Assembly (NCBI GenBank): GCA_028713935.1
Contig: JAQTNI010000016.1
Location: 1 to 26,741, forward strand
Origin: Candidatus Iainarchaeum sp.
Lineage (GTDB): Archaea > Iainarchaeota > Iainarchaeia > Iainarchaeales > GCA-2688035
DNA length: 26,741 bases
Reading direction: 5' to 3'
Part shown: piece by piece, positions 21,776-26,741 of the stretch
Numbering within the stretch: the stretch's first letter is position 1
Layout: every line of letters begins with the position of its first letter
Notes under the pieces: generated by a model
Databases searched by the model: none
Seen by the model: the letters and a program-made list of their open reading frames with translations, nothing else
Told to the model about the DNA's origin: nothing
Position numbers and translations under genes: made by a program

Positions 21776-23506
21776 TTAATGTTGTTGCTGTTCTTCTTCC
21801 GCTTTTTCCTTTAGGACCCGCATGAATTCTTCGCGCAATGCCGGCTCTTGGATTTTTCCTGTTTCAAGGTAATTTTGTATTGCCTCAAGGCAGGTGTTGC
21901 CTCCTAGGACAACTGGCATTACTACAAAATCCGCCTTTGCATTGTACAATTCAAGGGCATCCTTGAAATAATGTGCCCTTGCAAAAACAGCAAGCCTGGG
22001 ATTCATTTTTTTTGCTTTTTTCACAAGCTTTATTGCCAGGTTTGCATCAGGCATTGTTATGACAAAGGCTTTTGCGTTTTCAAGGCAGATTTTTTCCCAG
22101 ATTTCATCGTTTGTTTTTGAGGCATAAACAGCGGAAATTTTTTTTGAATTCAGGGTTTCCAGCACTTCGGGATCGTGGTCAACAACAATTATTTTTGCGG
22201 AATCCCTTAGCGCATTTGCGATTCCGCTTCCGAAAACACCGCCGCCTGCAATTACAATGTGGTTTTTCAGTTCGCCAGCAGAAGGCAGTTCCGTGAATTT
22301 TTTTAGTTTTCTTTCGTAAAAAGGGTTTCTTTTTTCAATGTTCCTGAAGAGCTTCTGGAAAAACCCTGAAACTTTTTCAGAAGAATTTATAAGGTAAGGA
22401 GTGGCAATCATTGAAATTAAAATTACCCAGATTGCAGTGTTGTAAAGCGCTTCTGAAATCTGCCCTCCTGAAAAGCCCTGCCTTGCAAGTATGAATGAGA
22501 ATTCGCTTGCCTGTGCAAGTGACAATCCAACAAACCAGGCAATTTTTTTTCCAAAGCCGGAGTAAAGAGTTATGAAATAGAGAATTACTGGATTCAATAT
22601 GAAAACAATTGCAAGCATTATTGGAAAGAAAACAAGGGACTGCGGGCTGAAAAAAGAAAGGCTTAGCTGCAGGCCAAGTGAAACAAAAAAAACAGTTGCA
22701 AACAAATCCCTTATATGTTCAATTCTTGACAATGCTTCAGAACTGAAAGAGACTTTTGCAAGCGCCAATCCCCCTATGAAAGCGCCCACTGCAATTGAAA
22801 AGCCAAGTGAATTTGCAATGAACATGAAGAGAAAACAGCTTGAAATTGTTGCAAGGTAAAACAATTCCGAGCTTTTTGCTGAAAATTCCATTATTTTTGG
22901 AAAAATTTTTTTGCTGAAAACAAATGCAAGGGCAAACAAAGCAAAAATTCCGAACAAAAAAAATCCAAGCATGTTAAACCGCAGTATTGTTTCGGGATTT
23001 GCAAGCAATGGCAGCACAATAACAGCAACAATGTCCTGCACAAGCGCATACCCAATTACTAGCTTTGCTTCAAGGGAATTCAGCCTTCTTGCATCGGAAA
23101 GGATTTTCACTACTATTGCTGTGCTGCTGAAAGCCATTATGAAGCCAATGTAAACGCTTTCAATGAAGCCGGAGCCAAAAAACTGCATTATTATTGCGAC
23201 AACGCAGGCAGTTATCCCGATTTGCGCCAGCCCTCCTAAAATAATTGTCTTTTTGAATTTCCAGAGCTTTGAAAAATCAATCTGCATTCCAATTGCAAAA
23301 AGCAGGAAGGCAATTCCCAATTCTGAAAGAACCCCTATGTTTGCATAATCCCTTATCAGCTGGAAACCAATCGGGCCCAAGACTATTCCCGCGACAATAT
23401 AGCCGACTATTACTGGCTGCTTCAGGATTTTTGCCAGGAAAGCAAAAACAGTGCCTGCAAGAATAACAAAGCCAAGGTCAAACAAAAGCACAGGAGTTTC
23501 AATCAT
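21776..23506 (-). CDS. CPA2-family cation:proton antiporter with C-terminal RCK/TrkA-N domain (Kef-type)
   Basis: N-terminal LAKILKQPVIVGYIVAGIVLGPIG, multiple TM segments, and a Rossmann HIVIAGGGVFGSGIANAL. ATG at 23506; the ORF extends to a TTG at 23515. Confidence 0.85.
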   Translation of the reverse strand: MIETPVLLFDLGFVILAGTVFAFLAKILKQPVIVGYIVAGIVLGPIGFQLIRDYANIGVLSELGIAFLLFAIGMQIDFSKLWKFKKTIILGGLAQIGITACVVAIIMQFFGSGFIESVYIGFIMAFSSTAIVVKILSDARRLNSLEAKLVIGYALVQDIVAVIVLPLLANPETILRFNMLGFFLFGIFALFALAFVFSKKIFPKIMEFSAKSSELFYLATISSCFLFMFIANSLGFSIAVGAFIGGLALAKVSFSSEALSRIEHIRDLFATVFFVSLGLQLSLSFFSPQSLVFFPIMLAIVFILNPVILYFITLYSGFGKKIAWFVGLSLAQASEFSFILARQGFSGGQISEALYNTAIWVILISMIATPYLINSSEKVSGFFQKLFRNIEKRNPFYERKLKKFTELPSAGELKNHIVIAGGGVFGSGIANALRDSAKIIVVDHDPEVLETLNSKKISAVYASKTNDEIWEKICLENAKAFVITMPDANLAIKLVKKAKKMNPRLAVFARAHYFKDALELYNAKADFVVMPVVLGGNTCLEAIQNYLETGKIQEPALREEFMRVLKEKAEEEQQQH

Positions 23507-23540
23507 GCCAAACAAAAAAGTGTTTTCTTATATTTAATAT

Positions 23541-23870
23541 TTATTGAATTTTTTTTACTATTAAAAGAGGCCCAAAAACGAGAACCAGCCATATTGCAGT
23601 GAGAACAAAAATATTGCCAAGAGTAATGCTTGTTTGCCATAAAAATTCAAAAACAAGCATTATAACCAGGGTTAATGCGACAATATAGGGATAAGAAATT
23701 TTTCTTTTGAAAATAAAAAACCAAAAAATCAGGACAATTGCAAGGTATTGAACCAGAATCATTGGCATTAAGGCAACCCAGGCATTGATTTTTGCATGCC
23801 AGACAGTGACATACTCCGCAATCAGCCAGAATACAAATGCAATTATTATGTAAAGAAATCCCTTGTCCAT
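23541..23870 (-). CDS. hypothetical small integral membrane protein
   Basis: Trimmed to the ATG at 23870 (MDKGFLYIIIAFVFWLIAEY...). Three to four hydrophobic segments. The longer ORF to 24026 would overlap the upstream gene. Confidence 0.5.
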   Translation of the reverse strand: MDKGFLYIIIAFVFWLIAEYVTVWHAKINAWVALMPMILVQYLAIVLIFWFFIFKRKISYPYIVALTLVIMLVFEFLWQTSITLGNIFVLTAIWLVLVFGPLLIVKKIQ

Positions 23871-23908
23871 AAAACCAATTTCAGATTTTTTTTTACAAAT
23901 AAAAATTC

Positions 23909-24610
23909 TTAAAGCTTTTGCACCCAATAATCGCCGCGCCTTTTCTTGAAGCCAGTGCCTTGGCGGACTTTGGCATAAAAATTGCTTATTTGTTTCTGAA
24001 GCCCTTCTACTGTTTGATCCCCCCATAGCATAGGGTGTTTATACCAGTACAAAGTAGTTGGGTCACGGAATTGTGCCTTTGTATATCCCAATCTTCGCGC
24101 AGTTGCCAACACCTTCTTAATCAAATAATTGGGCCATGGCATTCCAATTCCGACTGCCCCTTCAAAGCGTTTTAAAGCACGAAGCCTTCCCATGTGCCCT
24201 TGGACAGTTTCAATGCAAATTGCATTTTCCTCAAAGGATAGTCTAACAGTTCCTATTTCTCCACGATTGCGCCCTGGCAAGGTAGACTCTACCTTAATTG
24301 TAACGGGACTTTCATGTTCATGGCATTCAAAAGCAAGTCTGACTATAAATTTTCCTTTTGGAGTTGAAATCTCAAATGGCTTAAAGCCGCCCAAAAAGGG
24401 CTTTCCGTATCTTTGAATTTTCTCAAATAGGATACTGTCTTCGGGTTCATGCCATCGATGCTCTTTTTGCAATTTCGATTTGGTCCGCAGGAAAAAGTCG
24501 TCTAGGCTCACATCATATCTTTTGGCGTTTATTTCGCGCCAGTGCTGTCGCTGAGCTTTCCGCCGCTGCTTTTGCTGCCGGTTTTGTTTAATCCGTGCAA
24601 TGATTTCCAT
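23909..24610 (-). CDS. hypothetical protein, tightly coupled downstream of cysS
   Basis: The ATG at 24610 is 6 nt after the cysS stop (24617-24619). 233 aa, with a basic N-terminal helix (KQNRQQKQRRKAQRQHWRE). The central/C-terminal part (ICIETVQGH...WPNYLIKKVLATARRLGYTKAQF) is vaguely GNAT-like by eye. Trp/Arg-rich, with many CGN Arg codons. Confidence 0.5.
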   Translation of the reverse strand: MEIIARIKQNRQQKQRRKAQRQHWREINAKRYDVSLDDFFLRTKSKLQKEHRWHEPEDSILFEKIQRYGKPFLGGFKPFEISTPKGKFIVRLAFECHEHESPVTIKVESTLPGRNRGEIGTVRLSFEENAICIETVQGHMGRLRALKRFEGAVGIGMPWPNYLIKKVLATARRLGYTKAQFRDPTTLYWYKHPMLWGDQTVEGLQKQISNFYAKVRQGTGFKKRRGDYWVQKL

Positions 24611-24616
24611 CAATTG

Positions 24617-25981
24617 TCACTGCTTTTTTATTTTGGTGCCTTCAGGAGTATCATCTATTGCATATCCCTTGTCAATTATTTTTTTTCTTATTTCATCTGC
24701 CAAGCCCCAGTTTTTTTCTGTTCTTGCTTTTTCCCTTTCTTCTGCAAGCTTTTTCACTTCTTCAGGCACAGAAATTTCTTCTTTCTTTAATAAATCCAAT
24801 CCAAAAATTCTGTCCATTTCTTTTATTGTGGCAATCTTTCCCTCTGCTTTTTCATCCCTCAAAAGCCCCCATAAAACAGAAAGCGCTTTCGGCATGTCAA
24901 GGTCATTGTTAATTGCGCTTTCAAATTTTTTTAAGTAAGCCTTGTTTGTTTTTCCATCATCATGCAACTCTGCAATAATGTTTTTCAGCCTTTTATATGA
25001 ATTCTGCGCTCCTTCCAGCCCTTCAAGACTGAATTCCAATGGGTTTCTGTAATGGCTTGTAAGGGCAAGATACCTGTAAGCGAGAGGCAAAAATCCCTGT
25101 TCCTGCAATTCAGCTATAGTGAAAAGGCCTCCAGTGGATTTTGAAATTTTTTCTCCCTTGAAAACAAGGAATGCCCCATGCAACCAGTAATTAACAAATT
25201 TTTTTCCAGTTGCTGCCTCGCTTTGCGCTATTTCGTTTGTATGATGCACTGGAATATGGTCTATCCCTCCAGTATGAATGTCAAAATGTTCTCCCAGATA
25301 TTTCATTGACATTGCGCTGCATTCAATGTGCCAGCCTGGAAACCCAATTCCCCCAAATGGAGAAGGCCATTCCTGCTGCCTTTTTCCGGGTTCTTCAGAA
25401 AATTTCCATAATGCAAAATCAGTAATGTTCTTTTTTTCTTTCAAGGAAATTCTTTTTCCCGCCTCAAGGCCTTCTTTTTTGAGCCTTGCAAATTTTGTGT
25501 AATCCCTGAATTTGGATGTGTCAAAATAAATTCCGTCAGAAGTTTTGTATGCAAAGCCTTTTTTTTCAAGAATTTTTACAAGCTCAATCTGTTCCTTTAT
25601 GTGTTCTGATGCCTTGCACCAGATGCCTGGCTCTGAAATATTCAGCTTTGCCAAATCTTCCCTAAAAATTCCCAGGTAATAATCCACTATTTGTTTTGCG
25701 GATTTGCCTTCTTTCAAAGCGGCTTTTTCAATTTTGTCTTCGCCTTCATCAGCATCGCTTGTAAGATGCCCAACATCGGTTACATTCATTACCTGTTTCA
25801 CTTTGAAACCATTGTATTCCAGTGTTCTCCTCAGGATATCGGAAAAAATATAAGTCCTAAGATTTCCAATGTGCTGGTACCAGTAAGCAGTTGGGCCGCA
25901 GGCATACATTCCCGCTTCGCCTTTTTTTATTGGCTTGAAGGCTTCTTTTTTCCTTGAAAGAGTATTGTAAATTTTCAGCAT
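24617..25981 (-). CDS. cysS: cysteinyl-tRNA synthetase
   Basis: [17 protein letters not shown] (compare E. coli MLKIFNTLTRQKEEFKP), a HIGH-type motif [18 protein letters not shown], and a KMSKS-type KISKSTG. Confidence 0.95.
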   Translation of the reverse strand: MLKIYNTLSRKKEAFKPIKKGEAGMYACGPTAYWYQHIGNLRTYIFSDILRRTLEYNGFKVKQVMNVTDVGHLTSDADEGEDKIEKAALKEGKSAKQIVDYYLGIFREDLAKLNISEPGIWCKASEHIKEQIELVKILEKKGFAYKTSDGIYFDTSKFRDYTKFARLKKEGLEAGKRISLKEKKNITDFALWKFSEEPGKRQQEWPSPFGGIGFPGWHIECSAMSMKYLGEHFDIHTGGIDHIPVHHTNEIAQSEAATGKKFVNYWLHGAFLVFKGEKISKSTGGLFTIAELQEQGFLPLAYRYLALTSHYRNPLEFSLEGLEGAQNSYKRLKNIIAELHDDGKTNKAYLKKFESAINNDLDMPKALSVLWGLLRDEKAEGKIATIKEMDRIFGLDLLKKEEISVPEEVKKLAEEREKARTEKNWGLADEIRKKIIDKGYAIDDTPEGTKIKKQ

Positions 25982-26040
25982 TTTAATCATTAGAAAAAGG
26001 CAAAAATACTGATATAAATATATTGTGGGAAACCTTTTTG

Positions 26041-26741
26041 ATGAATCAGGAAGCGGAAAAATTTTTGCTGGAACTTTCGGAAAAAGGGATTCTGCTTGGC
26101 CTTGAAAGAATCAATTCTTTTCTGGATTTTCTTGGGAACCCGCAGAATAATTTCAAATCAATTCATGTTGCAGGCACTAATGGCAAAGGCAGCACCTGCG
26201 CAATGATTGAACGCATCCTGCGCGAAGCAGGTTTCAAGACAGGGATTTACACAAAGCCGCATTTGGTTTCCTTGAATGAAAGGTTTCGGATAAACAGCAT
26301 TAAAATTCCTGAAAAAGAGCTTGAAGAAAGGATTTTGAATCTGAAAAAAATAATTTCAGAAAAAAATTTTCAATTGAGTTATTTTGAATTTTTGATAGCG
26401 CTTGCATTCCAGTATTTTTCCGACAAAAAAGTTGATTTTGCTGTTATTGAAACTGGCATGGGCGGAAGGCTGGATGCAACAAATGTTTTGCAGCCATTGG
26501 TTTCAATAATAACAAACATTGCGCTTGAGCATATGCAGTATCTTGGCAACAGCCTGGAAAAAATTGCCTTTGAAAAAGCAGGCATAATAAAGGAAAACGG
26601 AATTCTGCTCACAACAGAAAAAAACAATAAAATCCTCAAAATTTTTAAAAAATCCTGTAAAGAAAAAAATTCGCTGTTTATTGCAATTAAAAAGCCCTAT
26701 AAAAAAAGCAAAGTCGGCCTGCTTGGAGAGCACCAGTTCTG
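26041..26741 (+). CDS. folC: folylpolyglutamate synthase/dihydrofolate synthase (Mur-ligase family), N-terminal part; runs off the window end
   Basis: Hand translation from the ATG at 26041: MNQEAEKFLLELSEKGILLGLERINSFLDFLGNPQNNFKSIHVAGTNGKGSTCAMIERIL...FAVIETGMGGRLDATNV...ITNIALEHMQYLGNSLEKIAFEKAGIIK, classic FolC blocks. Not in the ORF track because no stop lies in the window. Confidence 0.85.
   Translation, partial: MNQEAEKFLLELSEKGILLGLERINSFLDFLGNPQNNFKSIHVAGTNGKGSTCAMIERILREAGFKTGIYTKPHLVSLNERFRINSIKIPEKELEERILNLKKIISEKNFQLSYFEFLIALAFQYFSDKKVDFAVIETGMGGRLDATNVLQPLVSIITNIALEHMQYLGNSLEKIAFEKAGIIKENGILLTTEKNNKILKIFKKSCKEKNSLFIAIKKPYKKSKVGLLGEHQF

Noticed and set aside
22072-23466. Plus-strand ORFs inside the Kef-type antiporter gene
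   Set aside because: They are antisense to a long membrane-protein ORF with clear CPA2/RCK motifs.
23871-24026. N-terminal extension of the small membrane protein (MGGSNSRRASETNKQ...)
   Set aside because: It would overlap the 3' end of the upstream gene (23909-24610) by over 100 nt in another frame. The ATG at 23870 gives a clean membrane protein.
24542-24938. Plus-strand ORFs at the cysS 3' end (82, 84 and 112 aa)
   Set aside because: They are antisense to cysS and the coupled downstream gene, and consist of Phe/Ser/Leu low-complexity sequence.
1-26741. CRISPR arrays, rRNA genes, transposases and integrases
   Set aside because: I saw no regularly spaced direct repeats, no rRNA-like conserved blocks, and no ORF with DDE, tyrosine or serine recombinase motifs.

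Overview
AT-rich, tightly packed archaeal chromosome segment. Archaeal markers are TFB, an HMf-type histone, ribosomal proteins S8e and L35Ae, the Hef helicase-nuclease, Trm5b and an archaeal-type CMP kinase. The content suggests a small-genome, DPANN-like organism (inference only): a form III-type RuBisCO, bacterial-type Adk and FolC, many convergent genes overlapping at their 3' ends, and GGAGG/GGTGA/AGGGG ribosome-binding motifs. I support about 35 protein genes. I found no rRNA, tRNA, CRISPR array, transposase or integrase. The housekeeping genes are trm5, adk, ahcY, rps8e, tfb, rpl35ae, rnhB, hsp20, scpB, scpA, hef, histone, cmk, rbcL, ogt, a kef-type antiporter, cysS and folC. They are interrupted by small accessory islets. 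(1) A PIN-domain gene and an RHH gene are arranged convergently and overlap, next to a small SAM-methyltransferase. (2) An AbiEii/AbiEi-like pair sits in toxin-first order and is bracketed by a perfect 19-nt direct repeat that duplicates the last codons of hef; this is the clearest insertion footprint in the window. (3) A free-standing double-motif LAGLIDADG protein with a C-terminal wHTH overlaps the 3' end of rbcL. Other points worth follow-up: a ~43-nt palindrome-bearing element present twice in inverted orientation (13467-13509 and 17553-17595) with a stem-preserving substitution; a hairpin-dense hef/histone intergenic region; uncharacterised genes tightly coupled to adk/ahcY and to cysS; a stand-alone EF-Tu-domain-2-like protein followed by a 16-codon Cys/Lys mini-ORF with a very strong SD; and scpA and scpB separated by ~1.7 kb of small genes. 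All family calls rest on motifs recognised by eye, with no database search, and starts are approximate unless stated.
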